Part shown: one piece after another, positions 51,641 through 60,680 of the stretch
Position numbering within the stretch: the stretch's first letter is position 1
How the letters are laid out: every line of letters begins with the position of its first letter
NCBI GenBank assembly: GCA_963664795.2
Contig: CAXXYJ010000024.1
Span: 4,154 to 68,153, forward strand
Length of the DNA stretch: 64,000 bases
From: Chloroflexota bacterium
GTDB taxonomy: Bacteria > Chloroflexota > UBA11872 > VXNJ01
Direction: 5' to 3'
Made by a program: the position numbers and the translations under genes
The notes under the pieces: generated by a model
Told to the model about the DNA's origin: nothing
The model's input: only the letters and a program-made list of their open reading frames with translations
Database searches by the model: none

Positions 51641-54600
51641 ATGGACGGCCCCGCCTACAGCGAACTGCACTGCCGCAGCTGGTACTCGTTCGGGCGCGGC
51701 GCCTCCTCGGTCGACGAACTGGTCGTACGCGCGGCCAAGCTGGGTTACCAGGCGCTGGCCCTGACCGACCGCGACAACCTGACCGGCGCCCTGGAGCTGG
51801 CCGAGGCCGCCCGCGCCGCCGGGCTAAAGCCCATCGTCGGGGCCGAGGTCACCATGGCGCACCCGGAGCTGGGGCCCGCCCCGATAACCCTGCTGGCCGA
51901 AAGCGCGGCCGGCTATTCCAACCTCTGCCACCTCGTCAGCAGCGCCCACCGCGACGGCGAGCGCCGCCACCCGCAACTTGACCCGGTAAGGCTGAGCACC
52001 CACGGCGAGGGGCTGATCGCCCTGCTCGGATCGCCCGGCGGGCACCTGGCCCGGCACCTGGATTCCGGCGAACTGGCCGCCGCCCGCGGCCTTGTCGCCG
52101 GCTACTGCCAGCAACTGGGCAGCGAGGCCGTGTTCATCGAACTGCAGCGCCATCTGGCTCCCGGCGAGCTGGTCCGCAACCGGGCCCTGGCCGAGCTGGC
52201 CGGCCAGCTCGGGGTCGGGGTGGTGGCCGCCGGCGGAGCCTGCTACCACGACCGCAGCCGTCACCGGCTCTGCGACGTGCTCACCGCCATTCGCCTGAAC
52301 ACCACCCTCGACGGCTGTCACCGCCAGCGCCATCCCAACGCCAACTACCACCTGCGCCCGACCGAAGAAATGGCGCGGCTTTTCCGGCGCTGGCCGCAGG
52401 CCCTGGAGAACAACGCCCGGATCGCCCGGCGCTGCATGGCCTTTTCGGTCGGGCAGATACGCTACCGGCTCCCGCAGCCGCCGGTCCCGGAGGGGTTCGC
52501 CGGCCAGCAGGCCTATTTCGAGCATGTCTGCCGGGTCGCGGCCCGCGAGCGCTATGGCGAGATCACGCCGGCGCTGCGGGCGCGGCTGCAGAAGGAATTC
52601 GACCTGATCGCCCGGCACGACCTGGCCGGGTTCTTCCTGCTCTACCGCCAGGTCATCGAGATGGCCCGCCAGGTCGCCGTCGAGCTCGGGCACCTGCCGC
52701 CCGGGGCGCCGCTGTCGCAGCGCGCGCCCGGCCGCGGGCGCGGGTCCTCGGTGGCCATGCTCATCGGCACCCTGATCGGCCTCTCGCACGTCGACCCGCT
52801 CGAGTACGACCTGCCGCTGGAGCGCTTCCTGCCCGCCGACCGCCTGGCCAGCCCGCCCGACATCGACCTGGATTTTCCGCGCGACATCCGCGAGCGGCTG
52901 ATCCTGAAGGTATTCGACGAGCTGGGCTGGGAGCGGGCCGCGCTCACCGCCATGCTTCCCACCTACCGCCTTCCCGGGGTGGTTCGCGACGTCGGACGCG
53001 CCCTCGGACTGCCGGCCGCCGAGCTTGCGATCCTGGCCCAGCGGGCCGAATCGCACTCCGGCGCCGACCTGGAGCAGGAGATGGCCAAGATCCCGCAGCT
53101 GGCCGGCCGGCAGCGCCAGCGCGGCTGGCGCGACCTGATCGCGCTGGGAGCGCAGCTGCAGGGCTTCCCCAAGGGCCTGGCCCAGCATCCCGGCGGAATG
53201 ATCATCAGTTCCGAGCCGCTGGTCGACATGGTGCCGGTGCAGCCGTCGGCGATCCCGGGACGCTACATCTGCCAGTGGGACAAGTACGCGATCGAGGACG
53301 CCGGATTCGTCAAGATCGACTTCCTGTCCCTGGGCACGCTCTCGCAGATGCAGGAATGCCTGCAGCGGATCGAGGACCGCACCGGCCGGCGGATCGACCT
53401 GAGCCGGATCGATCACGCCGACCCGGCGGTGTACGCCGACCTGGGGCGCGGCGACACGGTGGGGGTGTTCCAGGTGGAGAGCGCCGCCCAGATGCAGACG
53501 ATCAAGCGCATGCGGCCGCGACACCTATACGACATGGCCCTGCAGGTGGCCGCGGTCCGCCCCGGGGTGGGGGCCAATGACGGGGTGACCGAATTCCTGC
53601 GCCGCCGCCACGGCCAGCCCTGGGACTACGACCATCCCCTGGAGCGCCGCGCCCTGGCCAAGTCGCTGGGAATCATCCTCTTCCAGGATCAGGTGGTGCA
53701 TCTGGGAATGGACGTGGGCGGGCTCCCGGCCGCCGAGGCCGACCTCATGCGCCGGGCCTTCCAGCGGCGCAACAGCCAGGACCTGATCGGCCGGTACTGG
53801 CACCGCTTCCGCGAGGGCGCCCGGGCCCGCGGAGTCCCGGCGGCGGTCGCCGACCGGATCTTTAAAAAGTTCAATCCGCACTACATGTTTCCCGAGGCCC
53901 ATGCGCTCGCCTTCGGGGCCACCGCCTATCACATGGCCTGGCTGCGGCATTACTTCCCGGCGGAGTTCTACTGCGCCATCTTCAACGCCCAGCCGATGGG
54001 GTTCTGGTCGATCGAGACCTTAAAGGAGGACGCCCTGCGGCGCGGGATCCGGACCCTGGGGCCGGATGTGAACCGCAGTCACCTGGAATGCCGGCCGGAG
54101 GGATCGGACGCGTTCCGGATGGGCCTGGGCTTCGTGGCCGGAATCGCCGCCCAGAACGCCGAAAAACTGCTGGCGGCGCGGGATCGCGGCGGCGAATTCG
54201 CGTCCCTGCGCGACCTGACCGCCCGCGCCGGACTCCAGCAGGCCGCCCTGGAGGCGCTGGTGAAGGCCGGCGCCTGCGCCGATCTTGCCGGCGCCGGCGA
54301 TCGGCGCAGCGACCTCTGGGCGGTGGGTCTGCATTACCGCCCGCCGTCGCCGCAGGCGCCGCTGGCCCTGGAGCATCGCGAGATCATGCCGTCGCTGGCG
54401 CCGCTGTCGCCGGAGAACCAGATGGCCTACGAGTACCAGACCCTGCGGCTGTTCACCGGCGGCCACGTGATGGAGACCCTGCGCCCCCGCCTGGTCGATC
54501 GGGTCCTAAGCAGCCGCCAGCTGGACCAGGTGCCCGACGGGGCCCGGATAAGCGCCGCCGGCAAGGTGCTGCGCCGCCAGCGCCCCCTGGGCAAGATGGT

Positions 54601-54823
54601 GTTCATGACCCTGCAGGACGAGTTCGGGATGATCCCGCTGGCGGTCTGGCCATCGACCTGGCAGCGGCACCGCAACGACCTGTCCGCCCCGCTGGTGCTG
54701 GTGGAGGGGGTGATGTCGCGCCGCGACGGATCGGCCAACATCATGGTCGAGAGGGCGCAGCCAATATCTGCGCCGTGGTCGCCCGAATTGGCGGTCAGCG
54801 AGAAAACCCACGACTGGGGATAG
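51641..54823 (+). CDS. dnaE2: Error-prone DNA polymerase III alpha-like subunit
   Basis: 1060-aa ORF. PHP N-terminus 'YSELHCRSWYSFGRGAS', no tau/beta-binding extension, and an OB-fold C-terminus. Cassette context with imuB. Confidence 0.9.
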   Translation: MDGPAYSELHCRSWYSFGRGASSVDELVVRAAKLGYQALALTDRDNLTGALELAEAARAAGLKPIVGAEVTMAHPELGPAPITLLAESAAGYSNLCHLVSSAHRDGERRHPQLDPVRLSTHGEGLIALLGSPGGHLARHLDSGELAAARGLVAGYCQQLGSEAVFIELQRHLAPGELVRNRALAELAGQLGVGVVAAGGACYHDRSRHRLCDVLTAIRLNTTLDGCHRQRHPNANYHLRPTEEMARLFRRWPQALENNARIARRCMAFSVGQIRYRLPQPPVPEGFAGQQAYFEHVCRVAARERYGEITPALRARLQKEFDLIARHDLAGFFLLYRQVIEMARQVAVELGHLPPGAPLSQRAPGRGRGSSVAMLIGTLIGLSHVDPLEYDLPLERFLPADRLASPPDIDLDFPRDIRERLILKVFDELGWERAALTAMLPTYRLPGVVRDVGRALGLPAAELAILAQRAESHSGADLEQEMAKIPQLAGRQRQRGWRDLIALGAQLQGFPKGLAQHPGGMIISSEPLVDMVPVQPSAIPGRYICQWDKYAIEDAGFVKIDFLSLGTLSQMQECLQRIEDRTGRRIDLSRIDHADPAVYADLGRGDTVGVFQVESAAQMQTIKRMRPRHLYDMALQVAAVRPGVGANDGVTEFLRRRHGQPWDYDHPLERRALAKSLGIILFQDQVVHLGMDVGGLPAAEADLMRRAFQRRNSQDLIGRYWHRFREGARARGVPAAVADRIFKKFNPHYMFPEAHALAFGATAYHMAWLRHYFPAEFYCAIFNAQPMGFWSIETLKEDALRRGIRTLGPDVNRSHLECRPEGSDAFRMGLGFVAGIAAQNAEKLLAARDRGGEFASLRDLTARAGLQQAALEALVKAGACADLAGAGDRRSDLWAVGLHYRPPSPQAPLALEHREIMPSLAPLSPENQMAYEYQTLRLFTGGHVMETLRPRLVDRVLSSRQLDQVPDGARISAAGKVLRRQRPLGKMVFMTLQDEFGMIPLAVWPSTWQRHRNDLSAPLVLVEGVMSRRDGSANIMVERAQPISAPWSPELAVSEKTHDWG

Positions 54824-54860
54824 CCGCGACCGGCCGCCGCCGGGCCAAGAAAGCCGGCGA

Positions 54861-56015
54861 CTAGAGCGGTTTGCGGGCCAGAAAGCAGTACAACGGCGTG
54901 AAGACCCCGGACCTGCCGCCAGCAACATAGGCGTTGGCGGTACGGTTCATCAGCGAGATGACGTCCGCGGACCCTTTCGGGAACATCCCCAGCGCCTCGG
55001 CCAGCCTGGCACCCCCGATGGCCGCCTTGCGACCCAGCGGAGTACCGCGAAAGGCGTAGCGCCACGTGCCGCCGCGCGCGTCCATGGGCTGATACCAGGG
55101 CGTGGTCGCAGCGTTGGCGTCGACGGCCCGGTCCGTCCCCTCGATGACCTCGAATCCCACCGATTCGAGCGCCCGGTCGACCTCGCCGGTGGTCGCGATG
55201 TCCTTGAGCGCGATGCCATGCATCAGGTCTTGCTTGATGACCCGGTGGCGATCGTCGCCGGGGTCGAACCTGTCCGTCATGCACATTTCCTGGCCCCAGA
55301 AAAGCGACCCTGGCTTTAAAACGCGGTAGATCTCGGCGAACGCGCCCGCTTTGTCCGGCGCATGACAGGTGGATTCGATCGCATACCCGCGGTCGAACGT
55401 GTTGTCGGCGACGGCGGCCATGTCCATGAAGCTGCACGGGAGAAAGTCGATCATGTGGCCCAGCCCGGATTCGGCGTTCAGCGATTTCGCCCTTGCCAGC
55501 TGGACCTGGCTGTTATTGACGCCAACGACCCTGACGCCCGCCTCCCGCACGACGCGACGCATCGGGCCGCCGATCCCGCAACCCACGTCGATCACCTTCA
55601 TGCCTTCGGCAAGCTCCAGCTTCGCGATCATCAGACGCTGATGCCTGATCTTGGATTCCTGCAGGCTCTCTTGCGGCGACAGCGGAGCGAAATGGAGCGA
55701 CTCGCCCCAACCAAACACCATGAATTCGTTGCAGAGGTCGTAGTACTCCCTGACGGTTTTGGCGTGATCGTAGCCCTCGGCGCCGGCGCCGCCCGGGTGC
55801 GCGCCGTCCTTCAATCCGTCAAAGTCCCTAACGCGCCCGCGTACGTTCGTCTCGCGGTACGCGGCTCTCAGCCCGCTGGAAAGCTTAAAAATTTGCACCG
55901 GTTCCCTCTGCGGCGAATGCCCGGATGGCCAGGCAACAGCCCCGGATATTGTCTTGTGCCCGGAAGTTGATCGCGACCACATCCCTGGCGACCGCGGAAT
56001 TGACCCAAGCTGCAT
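54861..56015 (-). CDS. Sterol 24-C-methyltransferase-family SAM-dependent methyltransferase (ERG6/SMT1-like)
   Basis: All SMT signature blocks are present: 'FGWGESLHFA', 'VIDVGCGIGGP', 'YAIESTCHAP', 'LKPGSLFWGQEMCMTD', and the Sterol_MT_C-type tail 'PWYQP...FPKGS...FTPLYCFLARKP'. The exact start is uncertain. Confidence 0.85.
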   Translation of the reverse strand: MQLGSIPRSPGMWSRSTSGHKTISGAVAWPSGHSPQREPVQIFKLSSGLRAAYRETNVRGRVRDFDGLKDGAHPGGAGAEGYDHAKTVREYYDLCNEFMVFGWGESLHFAPLSPQESLQESKIRHQRLMIAKLELAEGMKVIDVGCGIGGPMRRVVREAGVRVVGVNNSQVQLARAKSLNAESGLGHMIDFLPCSFMDMAAVADNTFDRGYAIESTCHAPDKAGAFAEIYRVLKPGSLFWGQEMCMTDRFDPGDDRHRVIKQDLMHGIALKDIATTGEVDRALESVGFEVIEGTDRAVDANAATTPWYQPMDARGGTWRYAFRGTPLGRKAAIGGARLAEALGMFPKGSADVISLMNRTANAYVAGGRSGVFTPLYCFLARKPL

Positions 56016-56117
56016 GGCTCCGAATCAACCGGTGAAGCCCGACCGCTAAGCTTTTTCCAAGCAACTTGGGGTCAGGCAATTCCCTGGGACCGACAGCTGA
56101 CAACCGGAAGAGGCTTT

Positions 56118-57035
56118 GTGACCAGGAGTCAACGTTTGTGGCGGCGGGCGGCCAGGCTGCTTTCGGACCCCGGAATGTTCGGTTCGGAGCGCGACCGAAT
56201 ACTGGACGAATACCCATTGCTCAATGCGCACGGCCTTGGACGAACGCGACTCCCAGGACCCGCCGCCAGCGGCGGCGGCTCGGGCGCCAGGGAGTGGCGG
56301 ACTGTTCCCGGCGATTTGGGCGCGGCGCGAGACGAACTGCGGGCCGGCGGAGCCGGCGAGAACGGGATACGAAACACCCTCGTGTACCTGGCGGAGGCAA
56401 GGGTCGCGCTCAGCTATCGGCTCAGGGGTTGCGCCTGGGCCCGTCGCTTCAACGGCCCGGCCCCTCCCAAGCGCTCAAGTTATGCGCTCAAACACGCGGT
56501 CGAAGGGTATTTGCGCGCAACCGACGAAGAAAAGCGTCGGGAGGGAGCAGATAGCGGGCGGGTCGACCGCCGCACGGCCAACGGGGCGTTCATCTGCGCG
56601 GCCCTGATGGCCGGCTTGCGGATGTGGGCGTACCGGGGCTCGGTCGATCCCGATTTCCGACTTGGCGAGCCCTGGGCGGTCGCCGGATTGCGGCCGGAGG
56701 ACTTCGTCCGGCCGGAAGACGCGCGCATGGCCAGATTCTGGCGATGGGTCGCCCGGCACGAGGTGGGCGACCCCCGGGTCGAGAAATTTGTCGCCGACAC
56801 GGTTGACGCGCTGTATGCGGGAGCCACCCTGAACGAGCTGGCGTCGTCGGTAGCGAGCCGCGGCGCCCAAGCCCGCGACGTTTACGACCGCCTGCGCCGC
56901 GAATTCGGGATCAAGGTCCCGAGCCCGCCGGACTCTTCCCGACTCGGGTTCATGCAAGGGCTGATTGAAATCCCGGACGACTTCGATCGCATCGGCCAGG
57001 GCGCGATCGCGGAGGCATTCGGGGTGATTGGATGA
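56118..57035 (+). CDS. Hypothetical protein whose C-terminus resembles a VapB/DUF2281-type antitoxin tail
   Basis: 305-aa ORF with an unrecognised N-terminal ~260 aa. The tail 'GLIEIPDDFDRIGQGAIAEAF' resembles the 'i.i.dDFDaPl...F' antitoxin C-terminal motif. ATGA overlap with a PIN-toxin-like remnant. Confidence 0.4.
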   Translation: MTRSQRLWRRAARLLSDPGMFGSERDRILDEYPLLNAHGLGRTRLPGPAASGGGSGAREWRTVPGDLGAARDELRAGGAGENGIRNTLVYLAEARVALSYRLRGCAWARRFNGPAPPKRSSYALKHAVEGYLRATDEEKRREGADSGRVDRRTANGAFICAALMAGLRMWAYRGSVDPDFRLGEPWAVAGLRPEDFVRPEDARMARFWRWVARHEVGDPRVEKFVADTVDALYAGATLNELASSVASRGAQARDVYDRLRREFGIKVPSPPDSSRLGFMQGLIEIPDDFDRIGQGAIAEAFGVIG

Positions 57036-57106
57036 AGTCGTTGCTCGATACCCATGTGCCGCCTAAGTGCAGTGGGCCACAAATGCGCGCCCGCGAATTG
57101 ACCTAG
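57032..57106 (+). pseudogene. Truncated VapC (PIN-domain toxin) remnant
   Basis: 'MKSLLDTHV' is the typical VapC N-terminus. The frame ends after 24 aa and overlaps the 3' end of the convergent SRAP gene. Confidence 0.45.
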
Positions 57107-57780
57107 TTCTCGCTACCTTCCAGCGGAGCTACAAGACCCGGGTCGTTGTTTCTGACCGCGCCCACGCGCGCCGCAACTGGAAACGACCGCATCTCCGGCC
57201 AGGGGCGCGGTTTACAGGATTCCAGCAAGCGCTCGCCCGGCGCCTCAGGGTCCAGCCAGGAATCGAACTCGCCCGCGCCCAGGATCACCGGCATGCGCGA
57301 ATGGATCGGGGACATGAGTTCATTGGGGCCGGTGGTCAGGACCGCGCAGGAATAAAGCCCCGCGCCCTGCTGCAGCGACCAGATCGCGGCGAATGCGAAC
57401 GGGCGCCCGTCCCGGCGGCTGATCCAGTAGGGCTGCTTGGCGCCATCGCGGCGCTGCCATTCGTAGAAGCCGTCGGCCAGGACCAGACCCCGGCTGCGGG
57501 CGAACGCGCGCCGGAACATGGGCTTTTCGGCGACCGTTTCGCTGCGGGCGTTAAAGATCGGCTTGCCGAGCGGATCGCCGCGGCGCTGCCAGGGGGCGAT
57601 CAGCCCCCAGCGCATCAAATGCGGCTCAAGCGCCAGTCCGGGCGCGGTCAGTGCGAGGACGCCGGTGGTCGGGGCGACGTTGTACGACGGCGCGAACATG
57701 TCGCGCACCGTCAGGGGATCGAACCCGAACTGCTCGGCCAGCCGGTCCAGGTCGGAAAAAAGGCCGAAGCGGCCGCACAT
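57103..57780 (-). CDS. SOS-response-associated peptidase (SRAP/YedK-like abasic-site processing protein)
   Basis: 225-aa ORF starting 'MCGRFGLF' (catalytic Cys2), with 'YNVAPT' and 'FYEW'. Confidence 0.9.
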   Translation of the reverse strand: MCGRFGLFSDLDRLAEQFGFDPLTVRDMFAPSYNVAPTTGVLALTAPGLALEPHLMRWGLIAPWQRRGDPLGKPIFNARSETVAEKPMFRRAFARSRGLVLADGFYEWQRRDGAKQPYWISRRDGRPFAFAAIWSLQQGAGLYSCAVLTTGPNELMSPIHSRMPVILGAGEFDSWLDPEAPGERLLESCKPRPWPEMRSFPVAARVGAVRNNDPGLVAPLEGSEN

Positions 57781-57928
57781 TCAGATACCCCTTCTTCCTT
57801 TCAGCGTCGGAACGATTTCTCGGCGGCGGGCCCCAATCGCACGTCCCGCATTCGGCCGGCGCGACCGCGGCCGGACCGGCCCAATGCACAATTTTGGCGC
57901 CCACCAGAATGCCGGGAGCGCCAACGCA

Positions 57929-59416
57929 ATGTCCACCGAGCCCATGAACCTGCTGATCCTGATGTCGGACGAACACACCCGGCGCATGACGGGCTGCTAC
58001 GGGCACGACATCGTCAAGACCCCCAACCTGGACGCCCTGGCCGCGCGGGGGGTGCGTTTCGACCGCGCTTATGTCAACTGCCCGATCTGCGTTCCCTCGC
58101 GCGCCAATTTCATGACCGGCCAGTACATCCACCAGAGCGGCCACTGGGACAACGCCCATGCCTGGAAAGGCGAGCCCGAGGGCTGGAGCCACCGCCTGAC
58201 TGACCAGGGCCACGTCGCCACGACCATCGGCAAGCTGCACTTCCATGACGTGTCCGACCCCAACGGCCTGACCGAATCGCGCGTGGCGATGAACATATTC
58301 AAGGGGCGCGGCGACTACTTTTCCAGCATGCGCTGGCGCCGGCTCAAGGGCAAGATCTCGCACACCGGCGATACGACGATGGAGGCCGGGCCGGGCGAGA
58401 GCCACTACACCCGCTTCGATCGGGCCGCCACCGCCGAAGCGTGCTCCTGGCTGGAGAACGAATCGCAGGGGCACGACAAGCCCTGGTGCCTGATGGTCTC
58501 GCTACTCTGCCCACACCCGCCGCTGATCGCGCCGCAGGAGTTCTACGACATGTACCCGCTGGACGAAGTGGACATGCCGATCGCCTGGTCGCCGGAGCAG
58601 TGGCCCGACCATCCCTACTGGAACGAGGCCCGACCCTGGCGGCTGCCGTTCGACGGCGACGTGTACTACTCCGAGGAACAGGTCCGCCGGGCGATCGCCG
58701 CCTACTACGGGATCACCTCGTTCATGGACTACAACTTCGGTCTTGTCCTGGCCGCGCTCGAGGCGTCCGGGCAGGCCGAAAACACCCGCATCATCTACAC
58801 CTCAGACCACGGCGAGATGCTTGGCGGATTCGGACTCTGGGGCAAGATGTGCATGTACGAGGACTCGGTCGGAACCCCGCTGATCATCGCCGGCCCGGAC
58901 ATCCCTCGGGGCCGGACCCAGCAGACCATCGTGAGCTGGGCCGATGTCTTCCCGACCGTCCTGGAGGGCGTTGGCGCCTCCCTGCGGCAGGACGATGGCG
59001 CGCTGCCGGGCGATTCGCTCTGGCCGCTGGCCAAGGGTGAGTCCGATCTGGATCGGGTCGCGTTTTCCGAGTACCACGCCGCGCGCAGCCCGTCCGGCAA
59101 CTTCATGATCTGCGACCAGCGCTACAAGTACGTGTACTACGCGGCCGGGTATCCGCCGCAGCTGTTCGACTTGCAGGAAGACCCGCAGGAGCTCAACGAT
59201 CTGCACGCCAGTCCCGCGCATTCAAAAATCCGCAATCGACTCCATGAAAAACTGCTTGAAATCTGCGATCCCGAGGCGGTCAACGAACAGGCATTTGCCG
59301 ACCAACGGACCCTGATTGATGGTTACGGGGGCGAAGATCACGTTGCCGCCGAGGGGCCGATCATTGGAGCCACCCCGACTCCGGTCGAGTTCTACGAGGA
59401 CGGCGTTCAACGGTGA
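57929..59416 (+). CDS. Sulfatase (formylglycine-dependent type, no signal peptide)
   Basis: 'NLLILMSDEHTRRM' and the formylglycine motif 'CPICVPSRANFMTG'. ATG at 57929 chosen; the ORF-track start 57518 is antisense to the SRAP gene. Confidence 0.85.
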   Translation: MSTEPMNLLILMSDEHTRRMTGCYGHDIVKTPNLDALAARGVRFDRAYVNCPICVPSRANFMTGQYIHQSGHWDNAHAWKGEPEGWSHRLTDQGHVATTIGKLHFHDVSDPNGLTESRVAMNIFKGRGDYFSSMRWRRLKGKISHTGDTTMEAGPGESHYTRFDRAATAEACSWLENESQGHDKPWCLMVSLLCPHPPLIAPQEFYDMYPLDEVDMPIAWSPEQWPDHPYWNEARPWRLPFDGDVYYSEEQVRRAIAAYYGITSFMDYNFGLVLAALEASGQAENTRIIYTSDHGEMLGGFGLWGKMCMYEDSVGTPLIIAGPDIPRGRTQQTIVSWADVFPTVLEGVGASLRQDDGALPGDSLWPLAKGESDLDRVAFSEYHAARSPSGNFMICDQRYKYVYYAAGYPPQLFDLQEDPQELNDLHASPAHSKIRNRLHEKLLEICDPEAVNEQAFADQRTLIDGYGGEDHVAAEGPIIGATPTPVEFYEDGVQR

Positions 59417-59734
59417 TTCGGATTCTCGCCCGGCTATTGGCTGCGCGGCCACGGGCCAGGTAATTTCATTCCCCAGCCGAACCATTCCGGGCACCGGAAA
59501 CTCGTAAAGATTGCCCGAGTCGTTGATGCAGGGCAGTTGAAGACGGCGATCATTCGAGGATCGCGCGAACCCGAGTTCCGCCGCCAGATTCCAGGGCCAG
59601 TCTTTTGAGGAGGGTGAGCACGGCTCGGGCCTCGGTTTATCGGACCCAAAACTAAGTGGAGCGTCGGTTGATTGCGTACGTCCGGGATGCCGTCTGATTC
59701 GTCACCATGATCGGGAGATTAACTCAACGTTATA

Positions 59735-59837
59735 TTTTCAGTCGCAACTTTCCTGCCTAAAAGAAAACTTCCTTCGCGACATATACTGAAACAACTATTA
59801 CGAGATCCAGGTTTTCAGTCCAGCAGAAAACTTTCGC
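59735..59837 (+). promoter_or_regulatory. Repeat-bearing AT-rich leader of abiEi (candidate promoter/operator)
   Basis: TTTTCAGTC at 59735-59743 and 59812-59820. Inverted copy ACTGAAA at 59785-59791. GAAAACTT at 59763-59770 and 59826-59833. All lie within 110 nt of the abiEi ATG (59844). Confidence 0.35.
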
Positions 59838-59843
59838 ATTCTG

Positions 59844-60680
59844 ATGTATCGCAAGAACACGGTAGCCGCCGGCATCGAAGGCCCAAGACGAGCCCAGTTA
59901 GCGGCGCTTCACCGCAAGTTTCCGGGCCCGTTCAACGCCACACGTGCTGCGTCCGCGCTCGGAACGGCGATTGCGCCGACTCGCAGAATGCTAGCGGCAC
60001 TTGCTGAACGAGGGTGGCTCGCGCGTTTGCGCCCAGGTTGGTACATTGCAGTTCCGCTCGAGGCATCTGAGCCTAGCGAGTGGAGAGAAGATCCCTGGAT
60101 CGTAGCAGGGGCTCTGTACGCTCCCAGTTACATCGGAGGTTGGAGCGCCGCCGAGCATTGGGGATTGACCGATCAAATCTTCGCTGAAATCTTCGTCGTG
60201 GCCGGGAAGAAGGTTTCACCGCGACGCCAGTCAATCCAAGGCACAGATTTCGTAATCCGGAGCGTGCCGACGGAAGACTTGTTTGGGACGAGGCGCGTCT
60301 GGCGACGTCAGGTCGCCATCGACGTGTCGGACCCCCACCGCACCGTCATCGACGTTCTGAACGTACCTGCGGCAGCGGGTGGCGCGCTCCACGCAGTCGA
60401 AATGTTAAATGCGTACTTTGAAGACCCGGGCGCGGATCCGGCGCGCCTGTTGGAGTATGGCGACCGGCTGGGGCGTGGCACGATCTTCAAGCGTCTGGGG
60501 TATTTGGCGGAGCGACAGGGGCTCGCAAACCAGCAATTCCAAGACGCTTGTCGCAAACGAATCTCCAGCGGCCTGAGTTGGCTAGATCCTGCTGGCCCAA
60601 GGCGGGGCCGCGTCATCTCGCGCTGGAACCTTCGAGTAAACATCACTCGGCTCAACCGGTCTGACGAAGCCGAACCTTGA
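59844..60680 (+). CDS. AbiEi-family antitoxin/transcriptional regulator (type IV TA)
   Basis: 278-aa ORF. wHTH-like N-terminus, 'GWYIAVP', 'PSYIGGWSAAEHWGLTDQ' and 'VSDPHRTVIDVLNVP' match the AbiEi (COG5340-type) pattern. Confidence 0.8.
   Translation: MYRKNTVAAGIEGPRRAQLAALHRKFPGPFNATRAASALGTAIAPTRRMLAALAERGWLARLRPGWYIAVPLEASEPSEWREDPWIVAGALYAPSYIGGWSAAEHWGLTDQIFAEIFVVAGKKVSPRRQSIQGTDFVIRSVPTEDLFGTRRVWRRQVAIDVSDPHRTVIDVLNVPAAAGGALHAVEMLNAYFEDPGADPARLLEYGDRLGRGTIFKRLGYLAERQGLANQQFQDACRKRISSGLSWLDPAGPRRGRVISRWNLRVNITRLNRSDEAEP

Noticed and set aside
59417-59700. Short ORFs (59434-59649 and 59222-59494) in the spacer after the first sulfatase, and a stop-free frame 'SPSSKDWPWNLAAELGF...'.
   Set aside because: They have no start codon in a sensible position and no recognisable motif. 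They are partly antisense to the sulfatase 3' end. I treat the spacer as non-coding or degenerate.
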